Shown in pieces: positions 16,195 through 23,975 of a stretch of DNA of 32,000 nt (positions are counted from its first letter, which is position 1; every line of letters starts with the position of its first letter). The stretch covers positions 2,940,001 to 2,972,000 of the forward strand of contig LT962688.1 in NCBI GenBank assembly GCA_900234795.1, in the 5' to 3' direction. The position numbers and the translations under genes are program-made. The stretch is from Methylorubrum extorquens (GTDB lineage Bacteria > Pseudomonadota > Alphaproteobacteria > Rhizobiales > Beijerinckiaceae). The notes under the pieces were generated by a model that was not told where the DNA came from, made no database searches, and saw nothing but the letters and a program-made list of their open reading frames with translations.

Positions 16195-16512
16195 ATGTCG
16201 ATCGAAGCGATTTCCTGGGTCATCAAACAAGACATCCCCGACGGCGTGGCGAAGCTCGTCGCCATGGTGCTGGCCGACTATGCCGACCGGCACACCGGCG
16301 AGGCGCACCCGAAGATCAAGCAGCTCGCGCAGGCCTGCTCGCAGTCCGAGCGCTCCGTGCAGCGCAAGCTTCGGGTGCTCCAGGATCTCGACGTCATCAC
16401 CATCCAGAACGGCCACTGCCCGAAGTCCGGACGGCAGCGGGCCAACAGCTACATCCTGCATCTGCCGGACGTGGATGTGCCCGGGCGGAACGAGCGTTCC
16501 GTGAGGGGGTGA
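16195..16512 (+). CDS. HTH replication-initiation-like protein, N-terminal segment
   Basis: The ATG at 16195 gives MSIEAISWVIKQDIPDGVAKLVAMVLADYADRHTGEAHPKIKQLAQACSQSERSVQRKLRVLQDLDVI. The frame ends at TGA directly after the G5 run at 16505-16509. Confidence 0.8.
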   Translation: MSIEAISWVIKQDIPDGVAKLVAMVLADYADRHTGEAHPKIKQLAQACSQSERSVQRKLRVLQDLDVITIQNGHCPKSGRQRANSYILHLPDVDVPGRNERSVRG

Positions 16513-16543
16513 CCAGAACGGCGCAGGATCGGCAAAGCCTAGC

Positions 16544-17234
16544 TTGAGGGGTGACTTTGGGACACCCCAAATTTCGGCCGAGGGGTGCCCGTCTGTCACC
16601 GGGGAGGGTGACAACGCTGTCACCGGGGAGGGTGACTCCCCTGTCACCCCCATAGAGAATCCGTCAGATTCAACCGTCAGAAAAGAATCCCCCCATCCCC
16701 CCGGTGGGGGGGCAGGCGCGGTTCAAAAACAATTCCGAGGTAATTCCCCATCGGCACTGGCCGAGCGCATCCCCCTCGCCGAGCGGTCGCTACCGGGACG
16801 GCTCCCCGGCGAGGAGTTCGCCCGGCTCTGGGCGGCCTTCCCCGAGGGCGGGCGCCTCGTTGCCGACCGGCGCATGGCCGAACGGATCTTCGCCGCCCTG
16901 CCCGACGCCGATCGCGATCTCGCCGTGAGCGCGGCCGGCAGCTACGCGGCGCACCTCGCCAAGCATCCAGGCCGCTCGGCGAAGGCGCTGCACACCTGGC
17001 TGCGCACCCGCCGATTCGAGAACGCCCGGCCCTGTGCGGCGCCGGCGGCGCTGATCGGGGCGACCCGCGTGTTCGTGGAGGAAGGGGACGCCGGAATGGA
17101 ACGCCTGGATGGCCTTCCGCCGAGCACAGGGCGAGGGCCGGTGCGCGACGACGTCGAAGCCGGGCTACGCCACCCCGGGCTGGCATTTCCCGAGCAAGCT
17201 GCCGCCGACGGCCGACGGGGCGCGGGCGGCGTGA
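16544..17234 (+). CDS. Continuation of the replication-like protein (repeat linker plus conserved C-terminal domains); a second frame break occurs at 17084-17087
   Basis: This frame reads GDQNGAGSAKPSLRGDFGTPQ...VTGEGDNAVTGEGDSPVT...EEFARLWAAFPEGG...LHTWLRTRRFEN...RVFVEEG. After the G4 run the +1 frame reads TPEWNAWMAFRRAQGEGRCATTSKPGYATPGWHFPSKLPP, ending at TGA 17232-17234. Confidence 0.6.
16594..16650. repeat. 24-bp-period iterons (candidate phage replication origin)
   Basis: TGTCACCGGGGAGGGTGAC occurs at 16594-16612 and 16618-16636, and TGTCACCCC at 16642-16650. Each unit holds a GTCACC/GGTGAC inverted repeat. Related GGGGTGAC copies lie at about 16506 and 16548, and GAGGGGTGCC at about 16580. 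Confidence 0.7.
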
Positions 17235-17446
17235 CCATCCGCTGCGTCCACTACGTCGGCTTCCGGGATGACCGGTACTGGAACGCCTTCCGGATCTGGG
17301 GCGGCCCCGTGTTCATCCATCTGCGGTGGGATCGGCGGGCCCGGCGCGAGATCGGGGCGGACGATATCGTGATCTTCGCTGAGGGCGACGAGTTCCAGCC
17401 GATCGCCGAGCGCAACGCCGACGACATCGACGAGCGGTGGCTCTGA
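17231..17446 (+). CDS. Small conserved hypothetical protein
   Basis: The GTG at 17231 overlaps TGA 17232-17234 (GTGA). The protein reads TIRCVHYVGFRDDRYWNAFRIWGGPVFIHLRWDRRARREIGADDIVIFAEGDE. This is the C-terminal part of computed ORF 16544..17446. Confidence 0.55.
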   Translation: MTIRCVHYVGFRDDRYWNAFRIWGGPVFIHLRWDRRARREIGADDIVIFAEGDEFQPIAERNADDIDERWL

Positions 17447-17523
17447 GGCGATCCCAAATCTTCCGGTGATGTGCTTTTAGACCTCACTGCTACCCCACAA
17501 TTCCCATTTACAACCGGAAACGG

Positions 17524-17991
17524 GTGGTGGTGGGCGCGTGCGGGGCGATGGTGTGGAGTGGAACGGAAGGCGAGTCGCGGGCGAAGGATACCGGGCGAAG
17601 ATCGCCGCCGGGGATCGAGCATCCGGCCCCGCTTACCCGGGCCGACATCGAGCGCTGGCTGATCGCCCCGATGCGGGCACTGCGCGACACATCGATCGTC
17701 GCGCTCCCCGGCAACGCGCTAGAGCCGGTGGCGTCGAGCCGGCCAAGCGCGACCTTCGATAGCCTGGCCTTCGCCCGCACCGTGCTCGGCAAGGATACGC
17801 CCGAGTTGCGGGCCGTCACGACCTGGGCGCGGATCATGGCGGCCGACGGACATGCCGAGGCATCGATCGCCGAGTGGTGCGCGCTCTTCGGGTGGAAGGA
17901 ACGGACGTTCTACCATCGTCTCCGGCGCGGCCTCGACCGGATCGTAAAAGCGAAAAATCACGCCGACGGCCGGCTCTCCAATGCGGCGTAA
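17524..17991 (+). CDS. Hypothetical regulator-like protein (C-terminal HTH-like segment)
   Basis: ...ASIAEWCALFGWKERTFYHRLRRGLDRIV resembles a sigma-70 region-4-like HTH. The gene is preceded by an AT-richer intergenic region. The start is uncertain. Confidence 0.5.
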   Translation: MVVGACGAMVWSGTEGESRAKDTGRRSPPGIEHPAPLTRADIERWLIAPMRALRDTSIVALPGNALEPVASSRPSATFDSLAFARTVLGKDTPELRAVTTWARIMAADGHAEASIAEWCALFGWKERTFYHRLRRGLDRIVKAKNHADGRLSNAA

Positions 17992-18085
17992 TATTCTGCA
18001 TCCGAAGTCTTGACACTGTCAGCGACGGCGGAGTCCCACTCTGAAACAGGCAGCAATAGAGACTGCCCTGCTAGGAGCGCTTACG

Positions 18086-18757
18086 GTGTCCGGTCGTCGC
18101 AAGTCCAAGCCTGTTACGCTCGCCGGCAGGGCGGCGTTGAAGCAAGTTCCCATTCACACGCTTTCAGAGAACGCCCCGACGCCGGAACGACTGATGCAGG
18201 CCGGTGTCACCGTGGCGATGCAGCTCGGCACCCGCCAGACACAGATCATCGGAAAGGCGTCGCCCTTCGGTATCGACGGCGTGATGCGTCTCGCCTCGGC
18301 ACCGCTCGATCGACTCCATTCCCGCGGGCGCCTTGATGACGACGGCGAACGCAACAGCCAGCTCCACGAGGCCGGCGACAAGCTCCGCAACCACTACTAC
18401 CTCGGCGGCCTCTCCGGCTTCGCCGCGAACGACCTGAACAGCACCGGCGGCGGGCATCCGTCCAGCCGCGTGCCGATCTCCGAGACGATGGAGAGCAACC
18501 GGCGCGCTTTACGGCTAGCAAAAGCAGCTATGCATCCGGGCGACTGGCAGGTTGTGAGCGACGTGGTCTGTCTGGAGAAGGACTTAAAAAATGCCGGCTA
18601 CCACGCTGGATGCACCAACGACGATGCGGCCACCGCGGTAGCCCTCGATAGGTTGCGCCGTGGCCTAGATGCACTTGCTCATCTATGGGGCTTTTCGCCA
18701 CCCCAGCACCCCACTCACAAATCTTCCGCCAAGCCACCCATCTGCACAGCAGCTTAA
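18086..18757 (+). CDS. Hypothetical protein (DUF6456-like by recollection)
   Basis: AGGAG lies 9 nt upstream of the GTG start. The pattern is RLHSRGRLDDDGERNSQLHEAGDKLRNHYYLGGLSG...VVCLEKDLKNAG...ALDRLRRGLDALAHLW. Confidence 0.5.
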   Translation: MSGRRKSKPVTLAGRAALKQVPIHTLSENAPTPERLMQAGVTVAMQLGTRQTQIIGKASPFGIDGVMRLASAPLDRLHSRGRLDDDGERNSQLHEAGDKLRNHYYLGGLSGFAANDLNSTGGGHPSSRVPISETMESNRRALRLAKAAMHPGDWQVVSDVVCLEKDLKNAGYHAGCTNDDAATAVALDRLRRGLDALAHLWGFSPPQHPTHKSSAKPPICTAA

Positions 18758-20460
18758 TTGGGATTTTTCATCCTCTTCAAGGCTCCATCGAAGACAAGCT
18801 TGCTTGATACCGGGCTCTTGAATAGTACAGCCAAGAACTTTCCAGGGAAATAGTCGTCAAGGACGCCCACCATGGCTGCGTGAAACTCCTCACCGGTTCC
18901 TTTAATGTCGAGTGTCGTCAGGCTTTTCCTGAAATCATCGATCGGCCTGTCCAGCATCTTGCTGCCCAATCTATTGAACACTCCGGCCGCCAACACACGG
19001 TTGCCATGTATGAGAACGCCCCACGGGTATCCGCTTTTTTTCTCAAGACTGGCTTTTTTCTCATCGATCCATAGCTCGATCAATCTTTGGACCAAGATAG
19101 CATTGAAGGTTTTCGCGCCACTCGTAGTAGGATTGAAAACTGTTTTGTAGGGTGCCTTACTCAAATCCGAAAAGAAACGACCAATACCAGTTTTTACCTG
19201 TACTGCAAGAGTAGGGTCTCCTGAAGCGCACGCCAGCGCTGTGGTGGCTTCGATCAACTCACAAGAGTGAGAAGTTTTGGAGACACTTGCCCCTCTAGAA
19301 ACTTGATAGTCTACTCCTTCCAAAGACATCTCATCTTGCAAACGTCGCTGTTCTCGATCTTGCGCAACAAAATCACGACCATCGACTCTATTTTGTAGGT
19401 TGTTAAAGCGAGTTACTTCGCCGCCAAAACCTTCAGGCGCCTCTCTCAACAAGACAACTCTAATTGGAACCCTTACCTTACCTAACGCTTCATCTGATGC
19501 GACGTCGGCCAGAGTGCTTACAGTTTGGGCGCCATTTACTATCGAAGCTCCCCGAAATTGAAAATTGCCAGCAGAGCGTGAGGCTGCCGCAGATGGCGCC
19601 CTCAGAGCTTCATCCGCGATAAGTGTGATTCCATTATTGAAATACCAGAAGTTCTCGGGAGAATTATGTGCTGTCGCGGATATCCCCTCATTGATATCAG
19701 TCGCGCCGAGCCCATGTCGAATATTTTTAGCTACAAGATGTTTTCCATGCGTTGACCACCATTCTTTCAGCTGGAAACCATCGATTACCCCAAAATAAGC
19801 TGGATAAGGAAGCGCTACACGAGACCAGTCTGTGATAGTGGCGTCAATCGTTATTCTTTCTGTCATTCCGCCGCTTGACAGGTTTTTGTATATGTCATCA
19901 AGTCCAATCACATGTTTAAAGGCGATTGGATCCTGATCAGAGGCCCCGTTTAGATCAGCGACAACGCGATCTAATTTGGCCGTTCCGTGCTTAGCTAAGG
20001 TGCTCGCCCCAGTTGAAATAATAACGACATCAATGATGCAGCCGGGAGTGAGGATAGTATCGCCCGCCTTCGCAAGTTTGTTTTGCAAGCGCGCGTGAAA
20101 ACTTTCGGAATTTTGCTCAATAAGATCTCGAACTCCGTCTGCAAAAACGCCAATATCAGCTGCAGATGGCTCGCCCGTTCCCGAATTTATCCATTTCGCT
20201 TGTACGATTGTAACTCTGTCGCTCGCTCCGTCGGCGAAAACGGCATCAATGCCGTTGTCATCTGATCCGTCCCACACAGCAGATGCAGCATCCTCAGCAG
20301 TGCATTCTGTCCGCATAAAGATCGCATGGGCAGCGAGACAGCGTGACAATATTTTTTGATCGCGCTCTTTGTCGTTTGCGCCAATATCGGCCAATGAAAG
20401 AAAGGGTTCGTAGAGTGATTTGATTTTGTTAGTAATTTGCCTAACTCGTAACTGGGTCAT
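18754..20460 (-). CDS. AIPR-family abortive-infection protein with an N-terminal PD-(D/E)xK-like nuclease motif
   Basis: AIPR hallmarks are present: FNNGITLIA, IVNGAQT and RFNNLQNRV. The N-terminal DDNGIDAVF...VTIVQAKW matches a D...(E/Q)xK pattern. The gene is markedly AT-rich. The preferred start is ATG 20460 (MTQLRVRQITNKIKSLY), and the computed ORF extends to 20580. Confidence 0.85.
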   Translation of the reverse strand: MTQLRVRQITNKIKSLYEPFLSLADIGANDKERDQKILSRCLAAHAIFMRTECTAEDAASAVWDGSDDNGIDAVFADGASDRVTIVQAKWINSGTGEPSAADIGVFADGVRDLIEQNSESFHARLQNKLAKAGDTILTPGCIIDVVIISTGASTLAKHGTAKLDRVVADLNGASDQDPIAFKHVIGLDDIYKNLSSGGMTERITIDATITDWSRVALPYPAYFGVIDGFQLKEWWSTHGKHLVAKNIRHGLGATDINEGISATAHNSPENFWYFNNGITLIADEALRAPSAAASRSAGNFQFRGASIVNGAQTVSTLADVASDEALGKVRVPIRVVLLREAPEGFGGEVTRFNNLQNRVDGRDFVAQDREQRRLQDEMSLEGVDYQVSRGASVSKTSHSCELIEATTALACASGDPTLAVQVKTGIGRFFSDLSKAPYKTVFNPTTSGAKTFNAILVQRLIELWIDEKKASLEKKSGYPWGVLIHGNRVLAAGVFNRLGSKMLDRPIDDFRKSLTTLDIKGTGEEFHAAMVGVLDDYFPGKFLAVLFKSPVSSKLVFDGALKRMKNPN

Positions 20461-20771
20461 ATTTTTACCTTGTGCAGCATCGTCATTGAGTTTGTTCAAC
20501 CTGCCATACGCACAATCATCTCGCAATGGCAGTGCCAACAGATCCGCCTGTGTTTCTGGACCACATAGACGGTGAGACATCCGTGGGGGGACGGCCTGAT
20601 GCTTTCAATTTCGCTGACGGTTTCATATTGACGCCCCCGGACTCAAACCGCTACAGTTCGGTTAACTGAGGAATTGCGCCCTGGGCTGGAGACGGCCGCG
20701 GGGCGCTTCCGTTTCCAGCCCACGCGTCGCCCGATCGGGCCGAGCGCCCGGGCCAGCCTCACAGCATCACC

Positions 20772-21059
20772 ATGATCGACCTCTCGGCCCTCGCCGGCGA
20801 GCTGGACGCGCTCGTGCGCGACGGCCGACGCATCCGCCTGGGCGACCGCAACTTCGAGAAGCCGCACGCCGAGCTGGACGAGCTGCTCGGCCGGCTGCAG
20901 CGCGTCGCCAGCGACGTGCGAATTGGATCGCTCACGGTCAATTCGGCCGTCATCGTGCAGGACCATCGGAAGGAAGGTGCCGTGAGGCTAATGCCCGCGT
21001 CGCCGATCACCGGCCGCGGCCAGTACATCGTCTGCCACACGCGGGGACCGCGGCGGTGA
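20772..21059 (+). CDS. Hypothetical protein
   Basis: The 95-aa ORF is intact. Its stop overlaps the next GTG (GTGA at 21056-21059). Confidence 0.45.
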   Translation: MIDLSALAGELDALVRDGRRIRLGDRNFEKPHAELDELLGRLQRVASDVRIGSLTVNSAVIVQDHRKEGAVRLMPASPITGRGQYIVCHTRGPRR

Positions 21060-21337
21060 GCCGAGATCCCCGTGCCTTCGCGGCCGAGCTGCGCGCTGAC
21101 GCGCAGCAGCTGCGCACGATGGCTGGCGACCTCGATGCCCGGGCCGACGGCCTCTGCGCACTCGCCGAGCAGCAGGAGCGCGACGCGGTGAGCCGCGAAC
21201 GGGCCAAGCGCGCGGCGATCGCCGCCTCGCTCGAAGCCGAGGGCCGGACCTTCCATCGCAGCCCGACCGCGTCGGGGCCGGGCCCGACCATCTGGGGGTC
21301 GGCTCGATACGAAGATGCGGGGCAAATCAGCCCCTGA
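21056..21337 (+). CDS. Hypothetical coiled-coil-like protein
   Basis: The ORF is coupled to 20772..21059. Its composition is Ala/Arg/Glu-rich and helical. Confidence 0.4.
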   Translation: MSRDPRAFAAELRADAQQLRTMAGDLDARADGLCALAEQQERDAVSRERAKRAAIAASLEAEGRTFHRSPTASGPGPTIWGSARYEDAGQISP

Positions 21338-21372
21338 AATTCCGCCTCGGGCCGGCTCGGCGCCGATGAGCG

Positions 21373-21433
21373 CGGATGCACGATAACTGCCGTTCTCGCG
21401 CACCCGATTGGAGCCTAATCGGATGCACGATAA
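21373..21433. repeat. 14-bp perfect direct repeat flanking a 9-7-9 imperfect inverted repeat at the recombinase start
   Basis: CGGATGCACGATAA occurs at 21373-21386 and 21420-21433. CACCCGATT-GGAGCCT-AATCGGATG lies at 21401-21425. Confidence 0.6.
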
Positions 21434-22388
21434 TCTTCCGACGCCGATCTCCGGCGGCGCGGTAGCCGTCGGCGCGCTCCTGGATCTCGATGAGGCCGTC
21501 CGCGGCTTCGCGGCGGCGTCCAGGTCGGCCGCGACGCAGCGGGCCTACAAGAGCGACTGGCGCGATTTCGAGGCCTTCTGCCTGGGACACGGGCTCACGG
21601 CCTGCCCGGCGCTCGGCCTCACGGTCGCCCGCTACCTCACCCATCTGGCCGGGCTTGGCCGGAACGTCTCGACGATCAACCGGCGCACTGCCGCGATCGC
21701 GCTGGCGCACCGGGTGCAGGGGCACGACAGCCCGACCGGCCGCGAGGACGTGCGCCAGGTTCTCGCCGGCATCCGCAACACCCTCGGGCGCCGGCCGAAC
21801 AAGAAGAAGGCCCTCACGGTCGATCTGATCGTCCAGGTCATTCGGAAGACCCGGGGCCAGGACCTGGCTGCGGTTCGCGACCGGGCGCTGATCCTGTTGG
21901 CGTTCGGCGCCGCGCTCCGACGCTCGGAGCTTGTGGCGCTCGACGTTCCGGACATCGAGCGCCACCGCAAAGGCCTGCTGATCCGGCTTCAGCGATCGAA
22001 GACGGACCAAACCGGCAAGGGCCAGACGATTTCGGTGCCGGACGGCAAGCTGAAGGTGCCGACCGCGGTCGATGCCTGGCTGAAGGCCTCCGGCATCACG
22101 GAGGGCGCGGTGTTCCGAGGCGCCGATCGCGGCAAGCTCTCGGCCGACCGGCTCAGCGCCGGCCAGTTCGCCCGCATCCTCAAATCCCGGTGCGAGGCCG
22201 CCGGGCTCGATCCGAACGTCATCGGCGGTCACTCGACGCGCCGGGGCTTCGCCACATCCGCCGGCGACGCCGGCGCCGACCTCCGGCACACCGCCCGGCA
22301 GATGCGGCACGCCAAGCTCGAGACCACCCTCGGCTACATCGAGGACGGCGAGCTGTTCAGGAACCACGCCGGCGACGGCTTCCTCTGA
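21408..22388 (+). CDS. Second tyrosine recombinase (XerC/D-like, SAM-like N-domain)
   Basis: The N-domain has TQRAYKSDWRDFEAFCLGHGL. The catalytic region has ALRRSEL...GHSTRRGFAT...HAKLETTLGY (R..HxxR..Y). The likely start is ATG 21423. Confidence 0.9.
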   Translation: MEPNRMHDNLPTPISGGAVAVGALLDLDEAVRGFAAASRSAATQRAYKSDWRDFEAFCLGHGLTACPALGLTVARYLTHLAGLGRNVSTINRRTAAIALAHRVQGHDSPTGREDVRQVLAGIRNTLGRRPNKKKALTVDLIVQVIRKTRGQDLAAVRDRALILLAFGAALRRSELVALDVPDIERHRKGLLIRLQRSKTDQTGKGQTISVPDGKLKVPTAVDAWLKASGITEGAVFRGADRGKLSADRLSAGQFARILKSRCEAAGLDPNVIGGHSTRRGFATSAGDAGADLRHTARQMRHAKLETTLGYIEDGELFRNHAGDGFL

Positions 22389-22405
22389 CATCTTAGGAAT
22401 CGCCT

Positions 22406-22627
22406 GTGACACAGCGAGCCAACGCGTCGGGGACGAGGGTCGCCGGGGCGCATGTCGACGTGGGCGAGACGATCCTCGCCAAGCGCCGCCTGCCCTGCAT
22501 CTGCCCGCAGCGGCACAAGGACGGGACGGCCCGCACGGTCAGCTACTCGACGTGCCGCGGGATGGTCATCGAACGGGTGAAGTGCGAGAACTGCCCGCGC
22601 ACCTGGAAGCGGGTGAACGTCCGGTGA
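22406..22627 (+). CDS. Small zinc-ribbon-like protein
   Basis: The protein contains CICPQRH...C...CENCPRTW. It has a GTG start and its stop overlaps the next GTG (GTGA). Confidence 0.45.
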   Translation: MTQRANASGTRVAGAHVDVGETILAKRRLPCICPQRHKDGTARTVSYSTCRGMVIERVKCENCPRTWKRVNVR

Positions 22628-23042
22628 GGCGACAGCTCGCCTGGCGCCAGGCTCTCAGCGACCTGAGGGCCGATCGCATCACGCCCCCCGGAAATCCGCG
22701 AGGTGCCGATCGACGGCAACCGCCGCTGTCGGGAGATGCTGAGCTGCTGGCGCGGCCGATCCGGTCGGCGCTACGTCGTCCAGGTGCATCCCCCTGGATC
22801 TCCACTGGCCCGTGCGCGCCGGTGCCGGGCTCGCCTTCGCCGTTTCACGCGGGAATGCCGCGCGCGGCACCATCGTCGCCATGGCTCCGGAGGGCGACTG
22901 CCAGGCTTGGCGCGGCCGGATGTGGGACGCCGGAGCGCGCGAGCTGCACGTCCACATCCTCGTAGACGACGCGGCGGGCCGCTCTGAGGTGGCGATGGAC
23001 CTGACAACAGAATTCGATCTGCGGGACCTCGAAATTCGGTGA
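22624..23042 (+). pseudogene. Hypothetical protein split over three frames (two homopolymer frame breaks)
   Basis: Frame 1 gives MRRQLAWRQALSDLRADRITPP. After the C6 run at 22684-22689, frame 2 gives EIREVPIDGNRRCREMLSCWRGRSGRRYVVQVHP. After the C5 run at 22790-22794, frame 0 gives LDLHWPVRAGAGLAFAVSRGNAARGTIVAMAPEGDCQAWRGRMWDAGARELHVHILVDDAAGRSEV.... Confidence 0.55.
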
Positions 23043-23094
23043 CCCTACCGATCCCGGCAGCTAAAAAGTTCGCCTCAAGGTAGTGAGGTGACAC

Positions 23095-23559
23095 ATGACG
23101 GACGAGTTCAAGCGTTTTCTCGCAAGCGGTCCGGACGTTGTTCGAGAAAGAGACCGCAAAGCCCAAGAAGCTCAGGATGAATATAAAGCTGCGCAGAAGC
23201 GAGAAGCTGATGCTCGCCAAGTGCTTGAGCAGAACTGGGAAAGCGCGAAAAAATTATTGGTCGGCGTTGTTAGTGAGATTAATGCTGCATTCGCTGATGT
23301 GGGTCTCGAAATCCGCATCAGGGAGGAACAAAATCCAAAGCCGGCGCTCGCGAGGCTCGGGATAGGTTTGTATCGGCATGGTGTATTCACCGGCGATGGG
23401 TTCGAGCTACACGTTACCGATAAGGGGAAACAATTTTTCCAATTGAGGGGTGGTGACAAGCGATCACTGGCCCCCCTCCCACTGGTCAGTGAATGCACAA
23501 CAAGTGATTATCAGAAGACGCTTCAAAGCTTTGTCGGCCCTGTGCTGCCAGAGCTTTAA
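23095..23559 (+). CDS. AT-rich orphan protein, 154 aa, N-terminal charged coiled coil; function unknown
   Basis: GAGGTG lies upstream of the ATG. The ORF is intact with clearly lower GC than its flanks. No family was recognised. Confidence 0.7.
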   Translation: MTDEFKRFLASGPDVVRERDRKAQEAQDEYKAAQKREADARQVLEQNWESAKKLLVGVVSEINAAFADVGLEIRIREEQNPKPALARLGIGLYRHGVFTGDGFELHVTDKGKQFFQLRGGDKRSLAPLPLVSECTTSDYQKTLQSFVGPVLPEL

Positions 23560-23585
23560 TTATCTGACACAATAGGTATTGCAAT

Positions 23586-23954
23586 ATGCCGATGCGGCCA
23601 CCGGTTCACATGGCCGCCGGCGCCAGGACGCCCGAAGAGGCAAAGGCTGCTAGCAAGCGCCACTTCGATCGACAGAGGCGCCGGGCGAGCCCCTGGCGCC
23701 TCTGGTACGGCCTCGCGGTGTGGAAGGCGGCGCGTCTCGCGCAGCTCACTCTGCAGCCGCTGTGCGAGCGCCATCTCGCCCGCGACCAGGTCGTACCAGC
23801 GACGGTGGTCAACCACCGCATTCCCCATCGTGGTGTCTGGGAACTCTTCATCGATCCCACGAACCACGAGAGCGTCTGCAAGACCTGCCACGATGGGGAA
23901 ATCCAGCGCGAAGAAGCTAAGCTCCGCGCCCTGGATGCTGTCGATCAGCAATAA
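23586..23954 (+). CDS. HNH endonuclease (terminase-associated type)
   Basis: The protein contains CERHLARDQVVPATVVNHRIPHRG...NHESVCKTCHDGE. Confidence 0.88.
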   Translation: MPMRPPVHMAAGARTPEEAKAASKRHFDRQRRRASPWRLWYGLAVWKAARLAQLTLQPLCERHLARDQVVPATVVNHRIPHRGVWELFIDPTNHESVCKTCHDGEIQREEAKLRALDAVDQQ

Positions 23955-23975
23955 ATACTAATTGAAAATAGGTCA

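Noticed and set aside
16594-16650. Possible CRISPR array
   Set aside because: There are only 2.5 directly adjacent copies with 5-nt gaps and no spacers, no cas genes, and the array lies within a coding linker. It is interpreted as iterons instead.
20683-20721. GGGCTGGA...TCCAGCCC inverted repeat as a recombination site or element boundary
   Set aside because: The 8-bp arms are separated by a 23-nt loop, there is no second copy in the window, and the repeat is not positioned at a clear composition boundary. The evidence is insufficient.
21327-22412. 361-aa minus-strand ORF
   Set aside because: It is antisense to the second tyrosine recombinase, whose R..HxxR..Y motifs settle the coding strand.
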